A stretch of 64,000 nt of DNA from a virus, in IMG/VR virus record IMGVR_UViG_3300036399_001571, positions 32,001 through 96,000 of that record; one strand, 5' to 3'. The notes beneath the pieces are model-generated. The model worked only from the letters and a program-made list of their open reading frames with translations. It was not told the DNA's origin and did not search any database. The position numbers and the translations under genes are program-made. Every line of letters starts with the position of its first letter. Position 1 is the first letter of the stretch. Below, piece after piece: positions 18,168 to 27,315 of this stretch.

Positions 18168-18898
18168 TTTTTAAAAATAAACCTTTCCCCAATGTCGCTA
18201 GATGTTGAAAAAACATTTGACTTATCGTATGTTGCTTTTTCCCCGTCAAGGTCTTTGCCGTAACCTTTCCACATTTTATGGAATCTGTCATTGTAGTCAA
18301 ACATTGTAACTGCTGCGTATTTGGTACCCCTCGTTACAGGCAGAGATGCATGAGCATAAATGTATGTAGATGGGAACATCACTATGTCGCCATAAGTTGG
18401 TTTGAACTTTATGTCAAGGTATGGGAACCATAATTCTCCACCCTCGTAATCGTCATTTAAATACATAACCGAAGACACTGTGCATATGTAAGAAAAACCA
18501 TGGTCAGCGTGTATGCTGAAGTGCTGCCCCTCCCTGTATCTAACATAATTAATTGCCTCCATAAAATCCATGCGCAAGTTGTATCTTGCTTCGTAATCTT
18601 GAAGGCAGGCTGTTAATCCATATACGGTATCGTTGTATATATTTATTAATTCAGAAAATTCTGATGGACAATTTTCAAGATGTGTTGGACTTATTTTACA
18701 GTCCACGCAATCTCTGTAGTCCTTCATTACTTCACCATCGCCAACCAGCGCCTGCATCCATGAGTATGGTGGCGTACTGCTTCCCCCAACAGTCGCCTCG
18801 AGGCGCTCTGGGATTCTCAAATCCTCGCTAAGCACATTTCTGTAAACTAGAAAACCTGCTTTGGGGTCGCCAACATATTCTACTTCAATGTTTTTCAT
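18164..18898 (-). CDS. 2OG-Fe(II) oxygenase (HxDHG subfamily)
   Basis: YRDCVD...HADHGFSYICTVS...NDDYEGGELWF...HASLPV...KYAAV. Confidence 0.85.
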   Translation of the reverse strand: MKNIEVEYVGDPKAGFLVYRNVLSEDLRIPERLEATVGGSSTPPYSWMQALVGDGEVMKDYRDCVDCKISPTHLENCPSEFSELINIYNDTVYGLTACLQDYEARYNLRMDFMEAINYVRYREGQHFSIHADHGFSYICTVSSVMYLNDDYEGGELWFPYLDIKFKPTYGDIVMFPSTYIYAHASLPVTRGTKYAAVTMFDYNDRFHKMWKGYGKDLDGEKATYDKSNVFSTSSDIGERFIFKK

Positions 18899-18902
18899 GA
18901 AA

Positions 18903-19436
18903 TCATCCTACACCCTCAAACCAGAGCGGCAACACCAAGCGATAGCCGTTTTTTACATTATCCACATAGTGCGAATAATCGATTCCGCTTGGGAAAAGCA
19001 CGCAGCTACGAGCAATTGGTTTGTATGAAATAGATAATTTTGGAAAAACTAGTTCTCCTCCTAAAAAATCATCATTAAAGTAAACAATCGAAGAAACAAC
19101 AAAATTTGAACAGCCATCCTTGTGGGAGCCATCCATGTTGACATTGTCTGCATGCTCTTCCGGTTTGTGGCCGACCTCCGTTTTGAACAAATTTGGCACA
19201 CAGGAATCAAGACTCAAACCGAACATTTCCTCAGCAGCAATTCGCACCCTTTCGGAAATAGAAAAAAGAATACCGTAGACAAAATCGTCTAAACACAAAA
19301 TATAATCACTACTGTAATACCTTACGCAATCATCGTCTTTTGCGTGATTTTCAACTTCTGGATATTTATTTACAAATTCAATAATTAACGAGCGTTCTTT
19401 CTCGGAAATAAAATTAAATTCATAGAATATTTTCAC
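18903..19436 (-). CDS. 2OG-Fe(II) oxygenase
   Basis: HADN...YFNDDFLGGELVF...HYV...RLVLPLW. Confidence 0.85.
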   Translation of the reverse strand: MKIFYEFNFISEKERSLIIEFVNKYPEVENHAKDDDCVRYYSSDYILCLDDFVYGILFSISERVRIAAEEMFGLSLDSCVPNLFKTEVGHKPEEHADNVNMDGSHKDGCSNFVVSSIVYFNDDFLGGELVFPKLSISYKPIARSCVLFPSGIDYSHYVDNVKNGYRLVLPLWFEGVG

Positions 19437-20066
19437 TCACTTCTCCACAGTATAAAAAGATGGCGTTGTATACCTGTAGCCTTTTTCAATCATGGTCACA
19501 CCATGCAAATAATTAACATCTCCTGGGTGTATTACTGCTAAACCTGGTCTTGGTTTAACGCTGATTTCGTGTTGCGGATAATAAAGTTCGCCACCGTCAA
19601 AATCATCGTTGTAATAAAATAACGAGTTTATATCGTAATTTACAAAAGCGTTTGGTCTTCCATCATTGAGCTGTTTGTCTGCATGCGGGCGTTGCTCTAT
19701 CCCGGGTCGCCACTTCATTATCACGGGTGGTCGGACTGATACCTGTACATTGAAAATATTTTCAATTGTGTTCTTCATTTTATGTATATATTTATCTATT
19801 ATTTTATGGACATCAGGATTTAGTCTAAGAATGATTTCGCTGCTGCACTGTCTATCATTCCAATAATCAGCGTTGTACAAACATGTTCCATCTTCCGAGT
19901 AAACGCTTTCTGCTTCATTGTTCCACTCGTTTATAGTTGGGCAAAAATTTTGTATTTTGTTTAGGTCTTCTTGGTCTATAAAATTTTCGATTATATGAAT
20001 ATTTTCTGGACCGCTACCAAAATGGCCCGGTGGTATTTCCCATGGTGAATTTTCAATTGCCGACAT
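19437..20066 (-). CDS. 2OG-Fe(II) oxygenase
   Basis: HADK...YYNDDFDGGELYY...HGV...RYT. Confidence 0.85.
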   Translation of the reverse strand: MSAIENSPWEIPPGHFGSGPENIHIIENFIDQEDLNKIQNFCPTINEWNNEAESVYSEDGTCLYNADYWNDRQCSSEIILRLNPDVHKIIDKYIHKMKNTIENIFNVQVSVRPPVIMKWRPGIEQRPHADKQLNDGRPNAFVNYDINSLFYYNDDFDGGELYYPQHEISVKPRPGLAVIHPGDVNYLHGVTMIEKGYRYTTPSFYTVEK

Positions 20067-20084
20067 GTCAACAAGACTACCAAA

Positions 20085-20846
20085 TTACCGTTTCTGCACC
20101 AAATCATACAAATATTGGTCTATCTCAGAACGTCGTTTTATTTCTTTTATGTGGCTTTTATCTGGTTTGAATCCATTTTTATTTGAACAATTTAATGTGT
20201 TATAAATTGATTTATCCAAAGAAAAACCATGTGATTTTTTTAATTTTTGCTCAAGCCAGCTAATTGCCTCTAATCTTTTAGGAAGCGAAAACAAGTTCAT
20301 ATATTCAATTAACTCTTTTATCCCATCTTCGTCCGGCATGTCATTTTCTATAAAAACAATATTTTCATCATTCCGAACATCGTCATTACTAAGCGACACA
20401 AGAGACTTGTCAACAAATGCAATTCTGCAAAACAACATTTTTGACTGTATGTTTCCAGAGTTTGAAAACAGCTCATTAACCCCAAAGGGTGTCATGTTCC
20501 CATAGATGAACTCATCCATGTATTCATTCGACATTTTTAAACCAGCGCCAACTGATGCGTAAGCCGCAATACTCACAAAATGCTCTACTGGGTCTCTGAC
20601 TATTGAGAAAACTTCAAAGCCGTCGTTATTGTAAACAATTGGATTTTTTGCAAAGTGTCCAGATATGAAAGGAAAGTCTCTCATTCCTTCGTCGTCGTAC
20701 ATTAGCTGTGATTCATGTGCGTCTGGTAAATACACATCAACAATTCCATTATTGTAAAATGTTTTCCATAGTGCGTGGCAAATACCCATTCCTGAAGTTC
20801 TGGGTATATGCAAGTGGTACAAGCGCTTCATAAATTTATCGTGCAT
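20085..20846 (-). CDS. Sulfotransferase family 2-like protein
   Basis: HLHIPRTSG (5'-PSB-like), FISGHF, SIVRDPVEHFVS (3'-PB-like). Confidence 0.7.
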   Translation of the reverse strand: MHDKFMKRLYHLHIPRTSGMGICHALWKTFYNNGIVDVYLPDAHESQLMYDDEGMRDFPFISGHFAKNPIVYNNDGFEVFSIVRDPVEHFVSIAAYASVGAGLKMSNEYMDEFIYGNMTPFGVNELFSNSGNIQSKMLFCRIAFVDKSLVSLSNDDVRNDENIVFIENDMPDEDGIKELIEYMNLFSLPKRLEAISWLEQKLKKSHGFSLDKSIYNTLNCSNKNGFKPDKSHIKEIKRRSEIDQYLYDLVQKR

Positions 20847-21585
20847 CAAGAATTCTTTTTTGTTCTTTAGTAAAAAGTATGTTGTAAATTTCAAAATCTA
20901 GCCAAATTTTTGACATGATTAAATTTTTATGTTTTTTGCTTATCTTAAAATCTAGTCTTGGTGTTGAATTTACTATCTCAATGCTGTTCTCTATTTTTAT
21001 CTGAAACAAATCATACAAATACGCATTTAAAATATTGATAAAATAATCTCTATTTACAACAGTTCCAATAATTATGTTTTCAATTTTATTCATCACATCT
21101 TCTATTGATTGTGGTTTTTCCACAAACACAACTTTTTCGTGATTTGCAGTTTGCAATGCGAGGTATGAAGTCTTTGAATAAAGAAAACAAGACTGAGGGT
21201 TTTCGCAGCCGGACATACCCTCAAATTGAGACAACATTTCATTGCCCTCTGTCAAAAAAAAATCAAGAAAATCTTCCGTGAACGGTTGATTCGTATAGCT
21301 CGCAGCGTATTTTAATGTGCTTAGGTATTGTTCGTATGGCTCACGAATCATAGAAAATGAAAAAATGTTTTTAACTGTTTCTATTGGATTTCTCCCGAAA
21401 TGTCCACAGATTATTTCATTTGTTTTGGCTGTATCTGGGTTGAATACAAATTCAAATTCGCCCGGCAAATACACAGAAGGCTTAACTTTGTTTTTGCATT
21501 TACGAGCAGCATTTAACAAGTCGTACTGCATCTTCATTCCGGATGTTTTTGGTATGTGCAAAAAATAAGCTTTTTTATATTTCAT
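20836..21585 (-). CDS. Sulfotransferase family 2-like protein, tandem paralog
   Basis: FLHIPKTSG, IICGHF, SMIREPYEQYLS. Confidence 0.75.
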   Translation of the reverse strand: MKYKKAYFLHIPKTSGMKMQYDLLNAARKCKNKVKPSVYLPGEFEFVFNPDTAKTNEIICGHFGRNPIETVKNIFSFSMIREPYEQYLSTLKYAASYTNQPFTEDFLDFFLTEGNEMLSQFEGMSGCENPQSCFLYSKTSYLALQTANHEKVVFVEKPQSIEDVMNKIENIIIGTVVNRDYFINILNAYLYDLFQIKIENSIEIVNSTPRLDFKISKKHKNLIMSKIWLDFEIYNILFTKEQKRILDAR

Positions 21586-22189
21586 TAATTTTAGCCATGT
21601 CAACCAACATTTTATTTTTTGTTGGAACCCAAAAATGGGCAGATGTGTACCGCACGCCAGAAATAATTTCGTTAACTCCGTGAGTGTAATTTCTGTTTGA
21701 TGGGAAAAATATGAGTGTCCCAGGTTTCGGTTTAAGTTTTATGTGATATTTTGGGAAAAAAATTTCTCCGCCCTCATAGTTGTCGTTCAAATACATAATT
21801 GAACCATAATCAACTATGTAGTTGTATGTAGGCCATCCACCTGCGGTTTCTCCGTCAGCATGAAGGTCTTGTCTTTCGCCTGGATGCCATTTCCTTAAAC
21901 CTGGATTTGCTTTTTCGAGTTCTCTACCAAAATGATATTCAATTTCATATTGAACATCATTTACACAATTTTGCAGTATCTGGTGTATCTGCGGAGAATT
22001 GTTTTGTATTTGAATATGTGTATGAATACTGTCAGAACCTAGTGGGCTCTGTGTTCCCCACTCAGTTGTTTTTTTGCAATATTCGTATATTTTTTTTACA
22101 TTTTCCGCAGAAATAAAATTTTCTTTTATAACTATGTTTCCAGGGTTTGAAAATGGAAGAGACTCTACATCAATCCAATCTGAATCCAT
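21575..22189 (-). CDS. 2OG-Fe(II) oxygenase
   Basis: HADG...YLNDNYEGGEIFF...HGV...RYT. Confidence 0.85.
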   Translation of the reverse strand: MDSDWIDVESLPFSNPGNIVIKENFISAENVKKIYEYCKKTTEWGTQSPLGSDSIHTHIQIQNNSPQIHQILQNCVNDVQYEIEYHFGRELEKANPGLRKWHPGERQDLHADGETAGGWPTYNYIVDYGSIMYLNDNYEGGEIFFPKYHIKLKPKPGTLIFFPSNRNYTHGVNEIISGVRYTSAHFWVPTKNKMLVDMAKINEI

Positions 22190-22198
22190 CTACAGCGC

Positions 22199-23440
22199 TC
22201 ACTTAAATCCTGGAAAGAATGACGGAGGGAAGAACGGTGGGAAGAAAGGTGGGAAAAACGGTGGGAAAAACGGTGGGAAGAAAGGTGGAAAAAATGGAGG
22301 GAAGAATGGCGGGAAGAATGGAGGAAAATAAGGTGGAAAGTAAGGTGGGGCAACTGGTGTAACCGAACCTGAAGTTGCAGATTGCGAGCCATACGCGTTT
22401 GATGCCGTTACGGTAAACGTATAAGAAGTACCGTTGCTAAGACCAGTAAGGGTGACTGGTGATGCCCCAGTTGATGAAACCCCACCAGGGGACGAAACTG
22501 TTGTATGCGTTGTAGCACCAGTTCCAGCAGTGGCATTTGTATATGTAATAGTTGCTTGCGCGTTGCCGCCAGCAGCAGAAACGCTCGTTGGCGCTCCTGG
22601 TCTATTTCCTGCAGTAACAGAGTTTGATGATACTGACGTTGCAGAGCCGTATGTCGTAGATGCACTGACGGTGAATGTATAAGCGGTTCCAGCTGTTAGC
22701 CCAGTTGCTCTGATTGGACTTGTACCAGTAAAAGTCAAGCTGCCTGGAGTCGTGGTTACCGTATAAGTTGGAGAACCAGTCCCAGCTGAACCAGGAGTGA
22801 AGGGGACATCGATTGCTCTGTCCACGTTTTGAACTATTGCTGCGGTACCAATTGTTGGAGCGGTTGGAGCGTTACCTGCAGTCACTGAGTTTGAAGAACC
22901 AGAAGTTGCTGAACCAAATAGGTTTGATGCAGTAACGGTAAACGTATAAGCGGTTCCAGCAGTTAGGCCGGTAACTCGAATTGGGCTAGAACCAGTTGCG
23001 GTTATTCCACCGGGTGATGATGTCGCGGTAAAAGTTGTTACACCAGTTCCTGCAGTTCCAGCTGTGTATGGAACATCAATTGCTCTATCGACGTTTGCGA
23101 CAATTGAAGCAGTTCCAATTGTTGGTGCACCTGGGTTTTGGCCGATTGCAACAGACCCAGTTGTGACAGTGTCGGATGGAACTCCATAGTTTGTGTTTGC
23201 TACTAGAGAAAATGTATAAGTTGTTCCAGAAGTAAGACCTGTGAGTGTTATTGGTGAGCTAGATGCTGAAGCACTAACGTCTCCAGGGCTAGACGTCACC
23301 GTATAGGTAATTGTGTCTTTGCCAATATATTCAGACGGGGTAAAAGATATTGAAGCTACTGTGCCTGCGCCGGTATTGGTCGCAACGACATCTGTCGGTG
23401 TCGTTGGCTTTTTACCGCCACTATCTTTTAGTGCTTCCAT
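22199..23440 (-). CDS. FN3 x4 protein with C-terminal (PPYF)2(PPFF)8 repeat
   Basis: Four PxAPT...SSPG...VTGL..GT.YTF FN3 units, then the Pro/Phe repeat, ending PPSFFPGFK. Confidence 0.85.
   Translation of the reverse strand: MEALKDSGGKKPTTPTDVVATNTGAGTVASISFTPSEYIGKDTITYTVTSSPGDVSASASSSPITLTGLTSGTTYTFSLVANTNYGVPSDTVTTGSVAIGQNPGAPTIGTASIVANVDRAIDVPYTAGTAGTGVTTFTATSSPGGITATGSSPIRVTGLTAGTAYTFTVTASNLFGSATSGSSNSVTAGNAPTAPTIGTAAIVQNVDRAIDVPFTPGSAGTGSPTYTVTTTPGSLTFTGTSPIRATGLTAGTAYTFTVSASTTYGSATSVSSNSVTAGNRPGAPTSVSAAGGNAQATITYTNATAGTGATTHTTVSSPGGVSSTGASPVTLTGLSNGTSYTFTVTASNAYGSQSATSGSVTPVAPPYFPPYFPPFFPPFFPPFFPPFFPPFFPPFFPPFFPPFFPPSFFPGFK
22229..22348 (-). repeat. 10 x 12-nt degenerate repeat encoding PP(F/Y)F
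   Basis: Units differ at synonymous positions (CCA/CCT/CCG, TTC/TTT) while the peptide is conserved. Confidence 0.9.
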
Positions 23441-23443
23441 GAT

Positions 23444-24220
23444 TTACGCCGAAAGGTCTCCGATGAGCACCCAGGTATCGGCTGCTCTTTTTATCAGCGT
23501 AGCACCAGACCACTGTGCGCGAAGCTTACGTCCTGGAGTTGCATTGACTGTCACCCCTGAACCTTGTGTTACAGTGCACTGCCCTGAGCCGGTCTGAATA
23601 ATCGTGATGTGAGTTCCAGTGGGAAATAGGACTGTTGAGTCTGGCGGAACCGTCAAAGTGTTTGCAGTTCCAACACCCATTTCAACAATCTTATTTCTAT
23701 CTGAAAGCACAAGTACGTAACTGGCTGCTTGAGCATTTGTCAATGGCTCGGCCAATTTGTTTCTACCTATTCCAGCATCTGATGATATGTCTCCGTCGAC
23801 GATGGTTCCATCTTCAATCATGTATGAAGTAATCACTGCCTGGTCTGTTAAAACTACAGCAGTACCCGCAATTTTGTCCGGGTTAATTTCTGCGCCGCTG
23901 GTAATATGGATATCGCTAATAGCGTCATCATTAATCGTCAAAACACCAGAGCTAGTCATTTCAACATCGCCGGATATGGCGGTTGAAGTAGCAACACCGG
24001 ATGAGTTGTACATAACAATTTTCCCAGCGTCGCTGTCCACAAGTCTGTTGAGAGGAACAGAATCCTCGGTTAGAGACGAACCAGCAACAGCGCCCGAAGA
24101 AAACATTGCTGATGGGATTGTTACAAGAACCCAACCAGAACCGTTGAAGGTCCAGGTCTTACCCGCACTTACGTGAAGGTCGCCTGATTGCGCGTCTGAT
24201 GGAAAGTCAATCGCTGGCAT
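23444..24220 (-). CDS. Tail fibre / virion protein (module 2)
   Basis: N-terminal MPAIDFP...GKTWTFNGSGW; IVDGDI shaft motifs; ~95-aa C-terminal domain shared with 32588..35647 (YxL..D...TVP...F..GT.I...Q.G.G...L...W...GDL). Confidence 0.75.
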   Translation of the reverse strand: MPAIDFPSDAQSGDLHVSAGKTWTFNGSGWVLVTIPSAMFSSGAVAGSSLTEDSVPLNRLVDSDAGKIVMYNSSGVATSTAISGDVEMTSSGVLTINDDAISDIHITSGAEINPDKIAGTAVVLTDQAVITSYMIEDGTIVDGDISSDAGIGRNKLAEPLTNAQAASYVLVLSDRNKIVEMGVGTANTLTVPPDSTVLFPTGTHITIIQTGSGQCTVTQGSGVTVNATPGRKLRAQWSGATLIKRAADTWVLIGDLSA

Positions 24221-24222
24221 GA

Positions 24223-26988
24223 TTAAGCCTGTGCTTCCGTCCATGAGAGGCGGGCAAACACTGTCGCAGAAGCAGAACCGATGTTTGTAGCAACAATGTG
24301 CAATGTGTCTGGACCGTCTGGGTAAATGCCTGTTGTTGTTATCGTCGTGCCTCCGCCAAGAATTGAGTTACCAAGGTCTCGAACGTCTCCGAGGTCAATC
24401 TGCACACCACCTGTACCACCCACAAAGAAACCACCAGTTACTTCGCCACCGCTAACCGTTGTTGATGTTCCTTGGTAGTCTGCAATTTGGGCCAAACTTG
24501 ATGTAACCGCTGTTGGCTTTGCCCATGTACGAGAGTTTGATGGAACACCATTCAGGATAGCCTGAACAAGAACGTTTGATGTAGAAGAAGTAGTCGTTAC
24601 GTCAAGGTTTCTTAGCACCAACTGCATTCTGTTAACAAGCTCTCTTTCACCGAAGAACGCCGAGGTTCCGTTGTCTGCTGATGGAGAGACGCGAATAGCA
24701 ATCAGGGTTCGTGTTGCTCCTGCCGAGATAGAAATACCGGTTGTCTGACCATAAGTAAACACGAGCGACTTGTCGTCGTCGAATCTTCCGTCCATGATTG
24801 CCGATGTACCCCAGTGAGATATTGAAGGCGCATATGTTGGGAATGCAAGCTCAACTCCAACTGGATTGGATGCTGAGTATGTAAATGCAAGAGCTGCGCT
24901 TGTTCCCATCGGGATTGCGTTTACTGTTGGGTTAGCCCCAGTCACAGCAGCACTTAACTTGATATTGGTGCCATCAATCTGTTGAATGAATGTTCCGTCT
25001 GGTACGTCTGTTCCAGTGACTCTTTGACCGACTTGCAGTCCAGAGTTTGATGCGACAGTTCCATCGTTTGCCCCAGCAGCAATTGTTAAGGCGAGGGAAG
25101 CGTTTCCTGTTTTTTGTCTTGTAAGACCAGTAAATGTTGTTGCAGTTTTCCCAGTGTAGTTGATGTATTCGTAACCAGTTGCCGTATTGAATACACACAA
25201 TGTTCCAATGCTTGGGAATCCTGTTGTGCTTCCAACATTCATCGTTGTTGTTTCGGAGTCAGACAAAGTTCCAGTTAGCTGCGTATGTGGCGGCTGGCTG
25301 AGAGATTCGTATCGCGCTGGAAGGTTTCCCGAACGCATGTACGCTTCGGCATTTGTGTTGTTGTTGATTATCTTGTGACAGTAAGTAACTTTTCCGTCTT
25401 TTGCACGCATACCCCAACGGATGAAACCAGCACCATACCAAGAATAGTCGATGTAGAACATCTGCATTCTAGAAAGGTCAACGTTGTAACCAGATGCTCC
25501 AGTTCCATCAAACTTGTCTAGATTCCATTCAGCTTGTGGATACTTTGAGTCCACTGTTTTGGAAACTGAAACCATGGTTGAAGTAGAACCACGCCATGCA
25601 GGGCTGATTGTCAATTCAGTGTTGCTTGCAATGTCGGTAATTCTGTACGACTGACCTCGAGCAACGATGTAGTCACCGATTTCAAGCTGACCAGCATATC
25701 TCGTTGGGAACGCTGCGTTTGTTTGAGTCACGGTGCATGAGCCATTTGTGAATGTTGACTTTCCAGAAATCTGGAATGTTGATGAACGTTTTACGGCCCA
25801 CAACGTTTGCCCGTCAAATTCAAAGAACACTCCGTTTTGGTCGTCAAACAAACCAATTCTGTTTACGTTTCCATACCAACCTGCAACGGTAATGTAATAA
25901 GGACCAGAAGCAAGAACGTTCGTTCCAGTCGAAGTTGCTGGAGTATACGTAAATGTATTGTACCCAGTAATCGTATAAACGGTTGTTGTACCGTTAAAGA
26001 TTGCCTCATTAGCACCAAAAATGGTTATTGTCGAGCCTGGGTAGAGGTTATGCTTTTCCTTGGTTTGCACTGTAACCAAGTTTGTTGACGTGCTGTATGA
26101 CAACTGGTCCAACTGAAGGTCTGGTTTGAGCAGTGTTCCAGATGACATCTGGATGCCTTTTCCTGACTGATAGCGGAAATAACGGCGTGTTTGACGTGCG
26201 GCCATTTCGTAATTAGATGTTCCGTTGTTTGAGAAAATAACACCGCCGTCAAAAGGTCTGTGTAGAAAGTTTCCTGATGGGGCTGTATAAATCGCCGCGC
26301 TTGTTGCTGTAAGAGTCCCGGTTGGTGCAACTGGGGCATGATAAACAAACTGTGTTGCGCTAATTATTCTTGAAACAAAGTTTGCGCCGTTTGGTGGGTT
26401 TGTGCCTGAAGTAGTAATTCCAGTTACTGCCACTTCGTTACCGATTGAAAGACCGTGCGGAATTGTCGTGGTCACTGTAACTGCAGTGCCAGAATACGAA
26501 ACTGTTGGAGCTGCGCCTATTTTTGCGTTTGTAAAAATAACACCAGTAAAAATTGAAGTCTTATTTGCATCAAAAATTGCTGTCAATGTTCCGGTGTTTA
26601 CCGCTTTACCTGTGTACGTAAATGATGTATTTGTCGTAACAGATTCAATTAGGTACGCACCGTTGGCAATAGATAGCTGTGTATCTCTGACGGTAATAGG
26701 CGTTCCAACAGCAAGCCCAGTTGTATCAGTCAGTGCAACCGTGACTGTTCTTGATGAAGTACTCATCGTAATGCCAGTAATCGACGATATAAAACTTGCC
26801 GAGTCATAAATAAACGGTCTATTTCCAACTGTCGTAAGGTTTTCCCACTTTGAAATTTGTGTTCCATACTCAAAGTCGGTGTCAATCAACGACTGTGGCT
26901 GTGAGACTCTTAACTTTTGGACAGGGTCAAAAAGTACTTCTTCTGGTGTAATCGGCGTTAAGCCAGGTGGTATTTGGTTAAGACCCAT
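24223..26988 (-). CDS. Large virion structural protein
   Basis: KLRVSQPQSLIDTDFEYG.Q..KWE, RQTRRYFRYQSGKG and IDYSWYGAG motifs; repeated small beta-barrel units (HGLSIGNEV, HNLYPGSTI). Confidence 0.75.
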   Translation of the reverse strand: MGLNQIPPGLTPITPEEVLFDPVQKLRVSQPQSLIDTDFEYGTQISKWENLTTVGNRPFIYDSASFISSITGITMSTSSRTVTVALTDTTGLAVGTPITVRDTQLSIANGAYLIESVTTNTSFTYTGKAVNTGTLTAIFDANKTSIFTGVIFTNAKIGAAPTVSYSGTAVTVTTTIPHGLSIGNEVAVTGITTSGTNPPNGANFVSRIISATQFVYHAPVAPTGTLTATSAAIYTAPSGNFLHRPFDGGVIFSNNGTSNYEMAARQTRRYFRYQSGKGIQMSSGTLLKPDLQLDQLSYSTSTNLVTVQTKEKHNLYPGSTITIFGANEAIFNGTTTVYTITGYNTFTYTPATSTGTNVLASGPYYITVAGWYGNVNRIGLFDDQNGVFFEFDGQTLWAVKRSSTFQISGKSTFTNGSCTVTQTNAAFPTRYAGQLEIGDYIVARGQSYRITDIASNTELTISPAWRGSTSTMVSVSKTVDSKYPQAEWNLDKFDGTGASGYNVDLSRMQMFYIDYSWYGAGFIRWGMRAKDGKVTYCHKIINNNTNAEAYMRSGNLPARYESLSQPPHTQLTGTLSDSETTTMNVGSTTGFPSIGTLCVFNTATGYEYINYTGKTATTFTGLTRQKTGNASLALTIAAGANDGTVASNSGLQVGQRVTGTDVPDGTFIQQIDGTNIKLSAAVTGANPTVNAIPMGTSAALAFTYSASNPVGVELAFPTYAPSISHWGTSAIMDGRFDDDKSLVFTYGQTTGISISAGATRTLIAIRVSPSADNGTSAFFGERELVNRMQLVLRNLDVTTTSSTSNVLVQAILNGVPSNSRTWAKPTAVTSSLAQIADYQGTSTTVSGGEVTGGFFVGGTGGVQIDLGDVRDLGNSILGGGTTITTTGIYPDGPDTLHIVATNIGSASATVFARLSWTEAQA

Positions 26989-27299
26989 TACGCTATCTCC
27001 ATCCCGCTGATGTGGAATTTAATGTCAGTTGAGTTTGCATTCCCAGTGATTGTGTCCCCTGCCGCGAGAACCTGCTTGAGGTCTAGGGAAATAACAGAAT
27101 TTCCAGGTATTTCAAGTGTTGGAACAAGAGGGATACCATCCAGACCGATTGAGTATGTGCCGCCAGCTACGGCATTATTGGCCACGACAATATTCGTAAC
27201 AACAGTAGTCGTCAACGACGGCACTGTGTAGAGCACCGTCGCAGGGTTTGTGTAAACCGTTGCAGCGCCTCTAAAAAGAATTTCAGCTGTATTAGCCAT
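26988..27299 (-). CDS. Small virion structural protein
   Basis: LYTVP...VVTNIVVAN...LKQVLAAGDTI...ISGMEI, a common phage structural pattern. Confidence 0.7.
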   Translation of the reverse strand: MANTAEILFRGAATVYTNPATVLYTVPSLTTTVVTNIVVANNAVAGGTYSIGLDGIPLVPTLEIPGNSVISLDLKQVLAAGDTITGNANSTDIKFHISGMEIA

Positions 27300-27315
27300 T
27301 GATTACTCCAGTCAT

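Noticed and set aside
2553-22189. Oxygenases as TET/JBP DNA-base hydroxylases
   Set aside because: Their motifs (Y.NDDY.GGE..F, HxD...H...R/K-Y) are P4H/PKHD-type; I saw no TET/JBP signature, so this is kept only as a lower-ranked alternative
22190-22201. TGA after the PPFF tail as possible readthrough or Sec into the oxygenase
   Set aside because: An in-frame TAG follows two codons later and there is no evident SECIS; separate genes is the simpler reading
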